A stretch of DNA of 64,000 nucleotides from Gammaproteobacteria bacterium (GTDB lineage: Bacteria > Pseudomonadota > Gammaproteobacteria > Ga0077536): contig JBHIYN010000001.1 in assembly GCA_041984235.1 (NCBI GenBank), positions 164,985-228,984 of the forward strand. The letters run 5' to 3'. Below the pieces are notes generated by a model, which was not told the DNA's origin, searched no databases, and saw only the letters and a program-made list of their open reading frames with translations. Positions 1 through 10,166 of this stretch are shown here, in pieces (position 1 is the first letter of the stretch; every line of letters starts with the position of its first letter). Both the position numbers and the translations under genes were made by a program.

Positions 1-282
1 GAGCAGGGTCACGCCTGCGCAGGCCAGCGTCACACGGCTCAGATCCGCGCGCGCGGCTGCGTGCCTGGAGGGCGTCTCGGCGGCGGGGTTCACACGGATG
101 GCGGCGGCGTGGAAAGGGTCTGGGCCGCACACGATGGCAGCCGCCACCGACGCCGTCAACGTGACGGCGTCGGCGTTGCCGTACCTGGATGAGCTATCCG
201 CCCGGGATTGCGGAGACTGCCTCGTCCCCGCGCGCTTACCGGCCGGGCGACGGCGCCGGGGCGCGCGCTGCCCGGCGCGTCA

Positions 283-714
283 TCATTGCTGGATGGAACG
301 CAGGTAGATGATCATCTCGAGGATGCGCCCGCGTACCTCGGTTTCCGCACCGAGCTTGGACATCTGCTTCCACTCGCCGCCCCATACCGGCATTTCCTTG
401 GTGCCGTGGGCGCCGGGCATGGCGCGGCCGTCGATCATGTCGTAGACGTCGTTGAAGGGGAAATCGCCGTCATTGGCCTTGGCCAGCATGGTCAGATCGC
501 TGGGCGCCTTGTTCAGCACGTTGGCGACCGGGCCGCCGCCCTTGGCATTCGCGCCGTGGCACACGGCGCAGTACTGCATGAAGCGCTCCTTGCCCATGGC
601 GGCGACGTCGTCGTCGGCGGCGCCGGCCGGCGCCGCGAACATCGACGCGGCCATTGCGGCGGCCGCAAGCGTCGCCATGGACGGTTTTCCGTGGATGGTT
701 CGTCTGGTCATGTC
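283..714 (-). CDS. class I c-type cytochrome, secreted
   Basis: The translation carries a CxxCH heme-binding motif (CAVCH) after an Ala-rich signal peptide (MTRRTIHGKPSMATLAAAAMAASMFAAPAGA). The start is taken at the internal Met; the ORF-track ORF is 283..795. Confidence 0.75.
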   Translation of the reverse strand, partial: DMTRRTIHGKPSMATLAAAAMAASMFAAPAGAADDDVAAMGKERFMQYCAVCHGANAKGGGPVANVLNKAPSDLTMLAKANDGDFPFNDVYDMIDGRAMPGAHGTKEMPVWGGEWKQMSKLGAETEVRGRILEMIIYLRSIQQ

Positions 715-903
715 CTGCTCCCTCGCCGCAGATTCGAATGTGGCGGCGTTCCGAGTATCGGGCGCGTCCGGCCACCGGTTACTGATCGGGGTCATTTCCG
801 CGCCCTGCGGCGGACCCGGCGAAGGCGCGGTAGACTAGCGGCGGCGCGCCGCGCGGGCGGCCGCAGATCCGGACCATCGCCATCACCACCTGGGGGAGCA
901 CTC

Positions 904-1701
904 ATGGCAGTCGTCGACTATGCCGTCAACGGGCACATCGCCACCGTTACACTGAACCGGCCGGAGGCGCGCAACGCGGTCAATCCCGAAGTTGCGGTGC
1001 GCCTGGCCGACGCCTGGCGCGCGGTACGCGACGATGACACCGTGCGCGTGGCCATTCTCACCGGCACCGGCAGCGTATTCTGCGCTGGCGCCGACCTCGG
1101 CCAGCTCATCCCGCTGATCTCGGGCGCGCGCAAGGCGGAGAACGAGTGGGACGAGAAGGCGCTGGCCGACAAGGAGATCTTCGAGTGCGCCTTCCTGCGC
1201 AGCTTCGACGCGGTCAAGCCGGTGATTGCCGCGATCAACGGCCATGCCATTGCCGGCGGCATGGAGATGGTGCAGGGCACCGACATCCGCGTCTCCGCGC
1301 CGGCGGCGAAGTTCGGCGTACAGGAAGTGAAGTGGGCGATCTTCCCCGCCGGCGGCTCGACCGTGCGGCTGCCGCACCAGCTGCCTCACGCCAAGGCCAT
1401 GGAGCTGCTGCTGACCGGTGACCTGATCACCGCGGACGAGGCGCTCGGTTACGGCTTCCTCAATTATGTCGACGACGATCCGCTGGCTCGCGCCAACGCG
1501 ATCGCGGAGAAGATCGCCGCCAACGGTCCGATCGCGGTGCAGGCCATCCGCAAGTCGGCGCGCGCCTGTCTCGGCGTGCCCGAGCTCGAAGCGCTGCGGC
1601 TCGAAACCGAGATCTCGGCCCCGGTGTTCAAGACCGAGGACGCGCAGGAAGGCCCGCGCGCCTTCATGGAGAAGCGCGAGCCGGTTTACAAGGGGCGCTG
1701 A
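904..1701 (+). CDS. enoyl-CoA hydratase/isomerase (crotonase family)
   Basis: Crotonase-fold motifs are present: 'VAILTGTGSVFCAGADL' and 'AAINGHAIAGGMEMV'. The gene is the C-terminal part of track ORF 208..1701, with start at 'MAVVDYAVNGH'. Confidence 0.85.
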   Translation: MAVVDYAVNGHIATVTLNRPEARNAVNPEVAVRLADAWRAVRDDDTVRVAILTGTGSVFCAGADLGQLIPLISGARKAENEWDEKALADKEIFECAFLRSFDAVKPVIAAINGHAIAGGMEMVQGTDIRVSAPAAKFGVQEVKWAIFPAGGSTVRLPHQLPHAKAMELLLTGDLITADEALGYGFLNYVDDDPLARANAIAEKIAANGPIAVQAIRKSARACLGVPELEALRLETEISAPVFKTEDAQEGPRAFMEKREPVYKGR

Positions 1702-1706
1702 GCGGC

Positions 1707-2843
1707 ATGTCTTCGGCCCTGTGCGAAAAGCTCGGCATCGACTTCCCGCTGTTCGCCTTCAGCCACTGCCGTGACGTCGTCGCCGAGGTCTCGCGTGCCG
1801 GCGGCATGGGCGTGTTCGGCGCTGCCAGCATGCCGGCCGAGCGCCTCGAGGAAGAGCTCGCCTGGATCGATGCCCATGCCGACGGCAGGCCGTACGGTGT
1901 CGACCTGCTGATCCCGGACAAGGTCCTGGGCAAGGACCAGGCCTTCGATGCCGCCCGCCTGCTGGCCGGCATTCCGCAGGAACACAAGGATTTCGCCGCC
2001 GGCATCCTCGAGCGCGAAGGCATCGACACCGCGGATCTCGAACAGGCGCGAGAACGTACCCTGCACCTCGGCCGCAACCTGCATCCGTCCGGCGCGGCGA
2101 GCGCGATGGCGGTGGCGTTCCGCCATCCCATCCGGCTGATCGCCAACGCGCTGGGCGTGCCGCCGCCGGAGATGCTCGCACTGGGCCGCGAGCACGGGGT
2201 CGCGGTCGCGGCGCTGGTCGGCGCGCGCGAGCACGCGCTGCGCCAGGCCGCGGCCGGGGTCGATATCATCGTCGCCGCCGGCGGCGAAGCCGGCGGCCAC
2301 TGCGGCGAGGTCTCGACGATGGTGCTGGTGCCCGAGGTGGTCGAGGCGCTGCAGGGCGTGGCCGACATCCCGGTGCTCGCCGCCGGCGGCATCGTCACCG
2401 GCCGCCAGATGGCCGCGTGCATGGCGATGGGCGCGGCCGGGGCATGGACCGCCTCGGTGTGGCTGACCACGCCGGAGGCGGAGACCAACCCGATCGTGAA
2501 AGAGAAGATGCTCGCCGCCAGCTCGCGCGATACCGTGCGCGCGAAAAGCCGCACCGGCAAGCCGTCGCGGCAGTTGCGTTCGGGCTGGACGGTGGCCTGG
2601 GAGGCGCCCGATGCGCCCGAGCCGTTGCCGATGCCGCTGCAGTCACTGGTCTCCGAGCCGGCGCTGGGCAAGGTCGACAAGCTCGCCGAGGGCGGCCATG
2701 CCGGGGCGCGCGAGCTGGCCACCTACTGGGTCGGGCAGGGCGTCGGCCTGATGAACGAGGCGCGCCCGGTGCGCGCCGTCATGCAGGATTTCCGGGAGGA
2801 CTTCCTTGCCGCCTACGAACGACTCGGAGCCTTCCTCGACTAG
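1707..2843 (+). CDS. nitronate monooxygenase / 2-nitropropane dioxygenase family (NMO, FMN-dependent)
   Basis: Family-typical sequence: 'GIDFPLFAFSHCRDVVAEVSRAGGMGVFGA' and 'IIVAAGGEAGGHCGEVSTMVLVPEVV'. It starts 6 nt after the enoyl-CoA hydratase stop. Confidence 0.8.
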   Translation: MSSALCEKLGIDFPLFAFSHCRDVVAEVSRAGGMGVFGAASMPAERLEEELAWIDAHADGRPYGVDLLIPDKVLGKDQAFDAARLLAGIPQEHKDFAAGILEREGIDTADLEQARERTLHLGRNLHPSGAASAMAVAFRHPIRLIANALGVPPPEMLALGREHGVAVAALVGAREHALRQAAAGVDIIVAAGGEAGGHCGEVSTMVLVPEVVEALQGVADIPVLAAGGIVTGRQMAACMAMGAAGAWTASVWLTTPEAETNPIVKEKMLAASSRDTVRAKSRTGKPSRQLRSGWTVAWEAPDAPEPLPMPLQSLVSEPALGKVDKLAEGGHAGARELATYWVGQGVGLMNEARPVRAVMQDFREDFLAAYERLGAFLD

Positions 2844-4002
2844 GGTGTCGCCGTCGCAGGTGCCGGACCCGGCGGAGGACCCCTGGGCCACGCCCGATGA
2901 GGCGCTGGTCGAGGCAGCCGCCGGCGGCGAGCGTCTGGTCGCCAGCATTCGGCTCTACTACTACCTGGTGCTGTCGCTGGTTCCGGTGGCGCTGCTGCTG
3001 TCGCTGCCGGGTGCGCCGGGCTACGTGTGGATCTCGCTCACCGTCGCGCTCGTCTCGGTGGCGCTCAGCTTCGTGCTCAAGGGTGTCGCCGAGCGCGGCG
3101 TGCGCGTGCCCGGGATCGCCATCGCGACCACGCTCTACGACATCGTCGCGGTCAGCACCGTGCTGGTGCTGGTGGCGCTGACCGGGCGGCCGCTGGTCGC
3201 CGCCAACAGCCAGGTGCTGTGGGGCGTCTACCTGCTGCTGATCGCGATGACCAGCATTCGTTTCGACCTGCGCCTGTGCCTGCTGGCCGGGCTCGCGAGC
3301 AGTGTGACCTACGGCCTGGTGGTGGCCTGGATCGCGACCACCTGGGACCTCGTATCGCTCGGTGAGAGCGACCCGGGCTACGCGGGCTTCGGCTGGGCGA
3401 CCCAGTTCGGGCGCATCGTGCTGATGATGGTCGCGACCGCGCTCGCCGCCGGCATGATCGCGCGCTCGCGCCGTCTGATCGCCGCCTCCGGCACCGACCG
3501 CCTGACCGGGCTCGCCAATCGCGCGCTGTTCGAGCAGCGCCTGTTCGCGGAGATCGCGCGCGTCGAGCGGCGCGGTGGAATGCTCGCGCTCGCGTTCATC
3601 GATCTCGATCACTTCAAGGAGTTCAACGATCGTTACGGGCATGCTACGGGAGACGCCGCGCTGCGCGCCGTGGCCCACGCGTTTGCCGGCGAGGTCCGCG
3701 CTGAGGACGTGCTGGCGCGCTGGGGCGGCGAGGAGTTCGTGCTGGTCATGCCGGGCACGCGGGCGGCGCAGGCGGTCAGCCTGCTCGAGCGCGTACGGCG
3801 CACCCTGCGCGATACGCGTCTGGGCGCCGCCGACGCGCGCGGTCTCGGCTTCAGCGCCGGCCTCGCCGAGTATCCCGCCGACGGCCCCGGCGCGCACGCG
3901 CTGCTCGAGGCCGCGGACCGGCGCATGATCGAGGCCAAGCGCAGCGGGCGCGATCGCACGGTACTGCCGTCGTCGCCCGCTGCGCAGGACGGCGGCGCCT
4001 GA
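2806..4002 (+). CDS. membrane-anchored diguanylate cyclase (GGDEF domain)
   Basis: Multiple N-terminal transmembrane helices precede a C-terminal GGDEF domain ('RYGHATGDAALRAV', 'RWGGEEFVLVMPG'). The start is uncertain: the ATG at 2806 overlaps the NMO gene, and a GTG at about 2845 is an alternative. Confidence 0.7.
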   Translation: MPPTNDSEPSSTRVSPSQVPDPAEDPWATPDEALVEAAAGGERLVASIRLYYYLVLSLVPVALLLSLPGAPGYVWISLTVALVSVALSFVLKGVAERGVRVPGIAIATTLYDIVAVSTVLVLVALTGRPLVAANSQVLWGVYLLLIAMTSIRFDLRLCLLAGLASSVTYGLVVAWIATTWDLVSLGESDPGYAGFGWATQFGRIVLMMVATALAAGMIARSRRLIAASGTDRLTGLANRALFEQRLFAEIARVERRGGMLALAFIDLDHFKEFNDRYGHATGDAALRAVAHAFAGEVRAEDVLARWGGEEFVLVMPGTRAAQAVSLLERVRRTLRDTRLGAADARGLGFSAGLAEYPADGPGAHALLEAADRRMIEAKRSGRDRTVLPSSPAAQDGGA

Positions 4003-4092
4003 ACACCACAGGCCGGCGCCGGATGCTGGCTGCCGGTCGTGTGCTGCGCTAGATTGTCACACGGCTCGCTACGCTTCGGGGAGGGCGTGACC

Positions 4093-5538
4093 ATGGCCAG
4101 GCAGATCCACATGAACGCGTTCACGCAGTGCTCGATCTGCCACCATTCGAAGGGGCAGTGGAAGCATCCACTGGACGGCTCCAGCCACGGATACAAGGAC
4201 GTCGACTACTGGGTCGACTTAGCGCGCACCCTCGAGCGCGGCTGCTTCGACACCCTGTTCCTGGCCGACGTCCACGGCACTTACAACGTGTACAAGGGCG
4301 GGCGTGAGACCGCGGTGCGCCATGCCGTGCAGTTCCCGAGCAACGATCCCACGCTGGTCATCTCGGCGATGGCCTACGCCACGCGTCATCTCGGCTTCGC
4401 CTGCACCTACAGCACCACCTACTTTCCGCCCTACCAGGCGGCCAAGGTGTTCTCCACGCTGGACCACCTGACGCGCGGGCGCATCGCGTGGAACATCGTC
4501 ACCTCCTACCTCGCCGACGCCAACGCCAACTTCGGTCTCGACGACCAGATGGCGCACGACGAGCGCTACGAGCGCGCCGAGGAGTACATGGAGGTGGTCT
4601 ACCAGCTGTGGGAGCATTCGTGGGAAGAAGACGCGGTGGTGCGCGACGCCGTCAACGACGTCCACACCGATCCCGACCGGGTGCATCAGATCGACTACCA
4701 GGGACGCTGGTTCTCGGTGCCCGGGCCGCACATGTGCGAGCCGTCGCCGCAGCGCACGCCGGTGCTCTACCAGGCCGGGCAGTCGGGGCGCGGCGTGAAG
4801 TTCGCGGCGCGCCATGCCGAGGCCGTCTTCGCCATCTATCCGCACCTCGAGGCGGCGCGCAAGGGCGTCGCGCTGGTGCGCAAGGAGACGCGTGCGGCAA
4901 AACGTGAGCCGTCGCACGTCAAGGTGTTCCCCGGGATCACGGTGATCGTCGCGCCGAGTGACGAGGAGGCCCGGCTCAAGCTCGAGACCTGCAAGCGCTA
5001 CCGCAGTCCGGAGGGCGCCCTGGCACTGTTCTGCGGCTGGGTCGGCCTGGACCTCGCCGCGTTCGGTGACGACGTCAACATCCTCGACATGAAGACCGAC
5101 GCCATCCAGGGGCTGGTGAACTATTTCGCCGAGCTCGATCCGAATCGCCACTGGACCATCCATGACATCGGCGAGCTGATCTCGATCGGCAGCGTGATGC
5201 CGAAGATCGTCGGCAGCCCGCAGACCGTCGCCGACGAGCTCGAAGGCTGGGTCGAGGAGTCGGACTGCGATGGCTTCAACCTGGTCCCGGTCAACCAGCC
5301 GAGCGGCTTCCACGACTTCGTCGACCTCGTGGTGCCGGAGCTGCAGCGGCGCGGCCGCATGCGCACCGCCTACGAGGGCGAGACGTTGCGCGAGCTCTAC
5401 TTCGGCGTCGGCAACAAGCGCCTGTTCGACGAGCACGTCGCGCATCGCAGCCTGCCGCCCTGGAAGGCGAAGAAGAAGCGCGGCAAGGCCGGCGCTACCG
5501 CCCGGCGGCCGCGCAAGCGCGCCGCGGCGCGCAGCTGA
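4093..5538 (+). CDS. LLM-class FMN-dependent monooxygenase, NtaA/SnaA/DszA/SoxA family
   Basis: N-terminus 'MARQIHMNAFTQCSICHHSKGQWKHP...FLADVHGTYNVY' is typical of nitrilotriacetate/DszA-type luciferase-like monooxygenases. The start is the internal Met of track ORF 4039..5538. Confidence 0.8.
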   Translation: MARQIHMNAFTQCSICHHSKGQWKHPLDGSSHGYKDVDYWVDLARTLERGCFDTLFLADVHGTYNVYKGGRETAVRHAVQFPSNDPTLVISAMAYATRHLGFACTYSTTYFPPYQAAKVFSTLDHLTRGRIAWNIVTSYLADANANFGLDDQMAHDERYERAEEYMEVVYQLWEHSWEEDAVVRDAVNDVHTDPDRVHQIDYQGRWFSVPGPHMCEPSPQRTPVLYQAGQSGRGVKFAARHAEAVFAIYPHLEAARKGVALVRKETRAAKREPSHVKVFPGITVIVAPSDEEARLKLETCKRYRSPEGALALFCGWVGLDLAAFGDDVNILDMKTDAIQGLVNYFAELDPNRHWTIHDIGELISIGSVMPKIVGSPQTVADELEGWVEESDCDGFNLVPVNQPSGFHDFVDLVVPELQRRGRMRTAYEGETLRELYFGVGNKRLFDEHVAHRSLPPWKAKKKRGKAGATARRPRKRAAARS

Positions 5539-5540
5539 GT

Positions 5541-8500
5541 TCAGGGCACGGTGTCGCCGGTCGTGCCTTCGGCCGGCGCCCCGGCCGCGGCATCCGTGGC
5601 CGGGGCGTCGTCCTGGTAGGGGTGCGGATCGTCGCCCAGCCAGCGGTGCTTGATGTTGCCGATGAGGCCGGACAGCGGCCGCGTGACACCGCCCTTGACG
5701 GTGCCGTCGGCCGCGGCCTGCACGATCTCGGCGAAGTTCGACTCGGCGGCGGCCGGTGTGCCGCGGATACGGAACTGTGGACCCCTGTAGTAGCCGTACT
5801 CGTCCTGCGAGTCTTCCAGCAGGTCCATGCTGTAGAGGATGGCAGCACCCTTGCCGCTCATGTTGAGGCGCGCGTCGAGATTGAGCGGGCTGTCGAGAAT
5901 GTCCTTGCCGTCCGCGTAGTCGATCCCGCCATGGGCCGTGAGGCTGATGGTCGGGCTCTGCACCAGGAACTGCCGGATGACGATGTCGCGGCTGTCGTCG
6001 CGCACCACGTGGATGTCGATGCGGTCGTAGTCGATGACCTGGATGTAGTTGACCAGGCGTGACAGGGCGCCCGCGCCAAAGCCGCCGGTCGGCAGGTAGG
6101 AGAGCCCCTCGCCGACCACGCCGAGCACGTCGGAAGCGCCCGACATCAGCGCGCTGTCCGGCGGCAGCGGCCGGAACAGCCCGGCACGGCTGGCGAGCTT
6201 CATATCGAACAACAGCTCGTTGCGGTACTGGGCCATGTTCGGAGACTGTCCGTAGCCGTTCACGGCGACGCTGAACAGGCCCTCCACCCGCGGCTTGCTG
6301 CCCGGCACCAGCTCGGTGAAGAACTGGTTGAGGTCGAACTCCTTGATCGTGCCTGCAAGCTGCAGGTCATAGGGCGCGGCGCTGCCGGCATTGAAATCGA
6401 GTGCACCGTCGAAACGCATCGGGCTGTCGTGGAAGTCGGCGCCGAGCTCGGACAGGGTCAGGCGGGTCGGCGTGAGATCGATCTTGCCGGCCACGTCGTC
6501 GAAGATGACGTAATCGGTGTAGTAGAGGCTGTCGATACGGTAGTCGACCCGGGCCGCGTAGGGCAGCAGGTCCCAGAAGGCGCGCTGGTCGGGCTCGGTC
6601 GCTGCCGCCACCGGCCGCACCGTCGCCGGCTCGGCGTCCGCGTCCTGCTTGCGGTCTTTCTTGCCGCGTTTCATCGCCGTCTTGCCGCGCGGCGCGGCGA
6701 TCGCGTCCAGCGCCGCCAGCACGTCGTTCAGGTAGAAGCGCCCGGAGCGGAAATCCAGCTCGAGCAGCGCCTGCTCCGCGTCGCTCGGGTCGTAGGTCGC
6801 GCGCAGCAGGCCGTCCGTACGTCCGCTGCGGCCTTCGCCGCCAAGCGGCATCTCGAAACTGAAGCCCACCCCATCTGGCTGCATGGCGCCGTCGGCGCGG
6901 GCCTGCATGCGGCCCACCGCCAGCGGCGAGTCCGCGGCAAGGTCGGCCAGGGTCGCGGTCCCGCCGATGCTGCCGTCCTCGTCGACCGTGGCTTCGAGCT
7001 GCAGCGCGCCGCGCGCGAGGCGGTGGCCGGGCAACAGCGCCGGTTGCTCCAGCAACGCCGGCAGGTGGCCGACGAGGCCGGCGCGCATGTGGCGCAGCGG
7101 CACGCGGTGCTGGGGCTCCAGGGCGAAGCTCATGCTGCCGCTGAGCGCGGCGTCGGCGTCTCCGGCGAAGGCCAGCGCGACCGTTTCCAGCGCGGCCTCC
7201 AGGCGTTGTCCCCGTGCCTCTATCTCACCCGCGGCGGTGAACGAGAAGGGGCGCAGCAACGGGCCGTCCGCGCCGCTCACGCGCACGCCGTCCAGGCGCA
7301 GGGCCTCGCCGAGGTCGGCGTGCAGGCTGTCACCGTCGGAATCGAGGGTCGCGCGTGCGCTGAGCGCGTCGAAGGCCAGCGGACCCAGGTTCACGAGGTC
7401 GGCAAGCAGGGCCGAGGACAGGTCCTCGACCTCGGCCGAGAAAGTCCCGCTGAGATGCCGGGCGAGCGGTTCGTCGGCGTCGATGTGCGGGCGCACGATC
7501 AGCGGGGTCGCGTTGGCCAGGCTGAGGAGGGTCCGTTGGTCGGCGGACAGTGCCGCCGTCAGCCGGGAAACGTCGACCCGGTCAGGGGTGGCGGCGAGGT
7601 CGTAGTCGAGATCGAGCCGCCAGCGGTGCTGCGGGTCGATGTCGCCCAGCGCCGCCACTAGCGCGGCGACGCGGTGCAGGGCATTGAGCGATACGCGGGC
7701 CGTGCCGCGCGCGCTGAGCGGCCGTTCGGCGCTGCCCTCGCCCAGCGGCACGCCGACCTCGCCCGCGCCCTGCAGCAACTCGACGCCGCCGACGCGCGCA
7801 TCCAGCGCGGTATAGCGGAGCGCCGCGCGCTCCGGGTGATAGCTGAGCTCGGGACGCACACTGAGCGATAGGCGCTCGACCAGCGCGCCGTCCGCACCGC
7901 GTACGGCCACGTCGCGGAGCCGCAGCGCCTCGCGGCTGGCGAGGCTGAGCTGTGCGTCGTCACCCGCGCTCAGCGTGAAGCTGCCGGCCTCCAGCGTACC
8001 GCCGATAGCGAAGCCCGCGACGAAGGGATCCAGCCAGGCCAGGTCGAGCGCCTGCAACTGCACCAGGGCGAGTTCACCGGCCGGGTTGCGCAGCGCCGGC
8101 GCGCCTGCGCCGAGGCCGATGGCAAACGGCTGCAGTGCCGATACCTGTACCAGCGGCGCCGCGCCGTCGTGCGCGACGGAGAATTCGAGCTCGCTGATCC
8201 GGATGCGCTCCGGCGCGGGTGCCAGCGCCGCGCGGAAGGCGGCGGCCAGGCCGGCGGGCAGGGTGTAGGGCTCCAGCCGCTGCGCCAGCGGCGGCACACG
8301 GGCCACGGCATCGAGGTCGATCTCGCCGCTGACGGTAACGGCAGGCGCGGCCGCGCCGGTACTGCCGCGCGCCAGCGTGGCGCCGGCCTGCAGCGTGGCC
8401 AGGATCGAGTCGCCGAGCGCCAGGCTGAGCGCGTCGAGCCCGATCTCGATGCGTTTCGCGCCGATCCGGGCGCGCGGGCGCAACGACACGCGGACGTGCT

Positions 8501-10022
8501 GCTCGATGCCGAAGGCGGGGGTCAGCGTCGCGGCCTCCACCCCCAGCGGCTGCAGCGGCCGCACGGCGAGGGCGCCGCCGCCGGTGACCAGCTCGAAAGC
8601 ACCGCCCAGGGCACCCTCGGCTACGGCGGGCTCCGCCAGCAGGCCGTTGAGCCACGGCAGCGGCAGCGCGGTCAGGGTCAGCGTGGCACGCGTTGCTTCC
8701 TCGTCCATGACGGCCGCGGGCTGGTCCAGGGGGACTTCGAGCGGGGCGCTCAGCGAGAATTCGATCAGCGCCTGCTCCGGCCCCCGCGTCAGGCGTGCAC
8801 CGGCTTCGTGCAGCTCGGCCCGGCCGTCCGCTAGGTAGGCGCCGAGCCGCGTGCCGAGGTTGAGCACGGTCGGCAGCCCGGTGGCCGGACCGAGTACGCG
8901 CTCCAGCTCCTCGATGCGCATGTCGCCCGCGTAGTCGGCGCCGACTGCGCCGCTGCCGAGGTCGGCGAGAAAGGTGCCGTGCCCGCGCTCGCTGAAGCGC
9001 GGCACGCGCGCTTCCGGCGCGTAGGCGAGGACCAGGCCGTAGTCGAAGCCGAGCTCGAAGTCGCCGGCGGCGACGTGCGCGTCGGCGTCGTAGGTACCGG
9101 TAACGCCGAGGCGGACGAGATCGCCGTCACCGCCGGGCTTGGCCAGCACCAGCTCGAAGCGGTCGCCCGCGATGCGGGTCGCCTCCGCTGCGTCCGGGTC
9201 GCCGGCGGGCTCGCGCAGCGGTGTGGCGCTGAGCTCGATCGCCACGATTTCCTCGTCCGGCAATGCCTGCGCCGCCACCAGCGCGAGCAGGTCCGCGGCC
9301 ACGGCGCTGATCGTGCCCGCGTCGCCCTGGGTCAGGCTGACCGGGCCGGCGACCTCGATGCGGGCGCCGTCGCCGGCGCGTGTCGCCACCAGGTCGAGAT
9401 CCAGCGTGCCGGTCGCTTGCGGCGCCAGGCCGCCGCCGCCGAGACGGAACTCGACCACGAGATCGGCGGCCGGCAGCGCCTCGCCGCTGATCGCGACCCC
9501 GTCCAGTGCCACTCCCCAGCCGTGGTCGAGCAGCGTGAACAGGCCCGGAAACGGCGGCGCTGGATCGGCCGCCGGCGGCATCCCGCGGGTGTCGATCCCG
9601 AGGCCGGCGATGGCGAGGCGATTCACTGCGACGACCCGGAACAGCGCCTGCCACGGCGAGAAACCGAGCTCGGCATCGCGCAGGTGCAGCACCACGCCCT
9701 GGTGCGCCAGCTCGAGACCGCTCACCGACAGCGACCATGGCAGCAGATGCACACGCTCCACCTCGAAGCGGTCGACCCGCGCGCCCATCTGGTCGCGCAG
9801 CACGCGCGTCTGCAGCCGCGGATGGAACAGCGTGACGAGCACCGCGCACACCAGCAGCGCGGTTATCGCGAGCGGCCAGCGGCGGCGATGCAGCCACTGC
9901 CGCAGGCGCGACGCCGGGAGTTTGTCGGTGGAGGTCACGGGGATCGGGGTCGGCGCGCCCGCCGTGGCGTCCCGCGGATGGTCGGGTGCCCGCTGGCGCG
10001 AAGAAGCTTGTGGGAGCGGCAT
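5541..10022 (-). CDS. AsmA/YhdP-like giant envelope protein (1493 aa)
   Basis: A single N-terminal transmembrane helix (WPLAITALLVCAVLVTLF) is followed by a very long Ala/Gly/Leu-rich repetitive beta-rich region and an AsmA-like C-terminal region. The start is uncertain. Confidence 0.6.
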   Translation of the reverse strand: MPLPQASSRQRAPDHPRDATAGAPTPIPVTSTDKLPASRLRQWLHRRRWPLAITALLVCAVLVTLFHPRLQTRVLRDQMGARVDRFEVERVHLLPWSLSVSGLELAHQGVVLHLRDAELGFSPWQALFRVVAVNRLAIAGLGIDTRGMPPAADPAPPFPGLFTLLDHGWGVALDGVAISGEALPAADLVVEFRLGGGGLAPQATGTLDLDLVATRAGDGARIEVAGPVSLTQGDAGTISAVAADLLALVAAQALPDEEIVAIELSATPLREPAGDPDAAEATRIAGDRFELVLAKPGGDGDLVRLGVTGTYDADAHVAAGDFELGFDYGLVLAYAPEARVPRFSERGHGTFLADLGSGAVGADYAGDMRIEELERVLGPATGLPTVLNLGTRLGAYLADGRAELHEAGARLTRGPEQALIEFSLSAPLEVPLDQPAAVMDEEATRATLTLTALPLPWLNGLLAEPAVAEGALGGAFELVTGGGALAVRPLQPLGVEAATLTPAFGIEQHVRVSLRPRARIGAKRIEIGLDALSLALGDSILATLQAGATLARGSTGAAAPAVTVSGEIDLDAVARVPPLAQRLEPYTLPAGLAAAFRAALAPAPERIRISELEFSVAHDGAAPLVQVSALQPFAIGLGAGAPALRNPAGELALVQLQALDLAWLDPFVAGFAIGGTLEAGSFTLSAGDDAQLSLASREALRLRDVAVRGADGALVERLSLSVRPELSYHPERAALRYTALDARVGGVELLQGAGEVGVPLGEGSAERPLSARGTARVSLNALHRVAALVAALGDIDPQHRWRLDLDYDLAATPDRVDVSRLTAALSADQRTLLSLANATPLIVRPHIDADEPLARHLSGTFSAEVEDLSSALLADLVNLGPLAFDALSARATLDSDGDSLHADLGEALRLDGVRVSGADGPLLRPFSFTAAGEIEARGQRLEAALETVALAFAGDADAALSGSMSFALEPQHRVPLRHMRAGLVGHLPALLEQPALLPGHRLARGALQLEATVDEDGSIGGTATLADLAADSPLAVGRMQARADGAMQPDGVGFSFEMPLGGEGRSGRTDGLLRATYDPSDAEQALLELDFRSGRFYLNDVLAALDAIAAPRGKTAMKRGKKDRKQDADAEPATVRPVAAATEPDQRAFWDLLPYAARVDYRIDSLYYTDYVIFDDVAGKIDLTPTRLTLSELGADFHDSPMRFDGALDFNAGSAAPYDLQLAGTIKEFDLNQFFTELVPGSKPRVEGLFSVAVNGYGQSPNMAQYRNELLFDMKLASRAGLFRPLPPDSALMSGASDVLGVVGEGLSYLPTGGFGAGALSRLVNYIQVIDYDRIDIHVVRDDSRDIVIRQFLVQSPTISLTAHGGIDYADGKDILDSPLNLDARLNMSGKGAAILYSMDLLEDSQDEYGYYRGPQFRIRGTPAAAESNFAEIVQAAADGTVKGGVTRPLSGLIGNIKHRWLGDDPHPYQDDAPATDAAAGAPAEGTTGDTVP

Positions 10023-10166
10023 GATACCACCGGCGTGCCGGCGCGGGCGGCCGGCCGCAGCCGGCCGCGGGCGGTCGTGCGGGCAGTGGGCTGCATGCTA
10101 CGGTGGCACGCACCGTGGCCGCGCCGCGCCGGTGCACGGGGAGTGGTCAAAAAGAGGGGAGTCACC

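Noticed and set aside
98-307. A 69-aa ORF at the window start.
   Set aside because: It has no SD and a low-complexity translation, and it overlaps the 3' end of the cytochrome c gene on the opposite strand.
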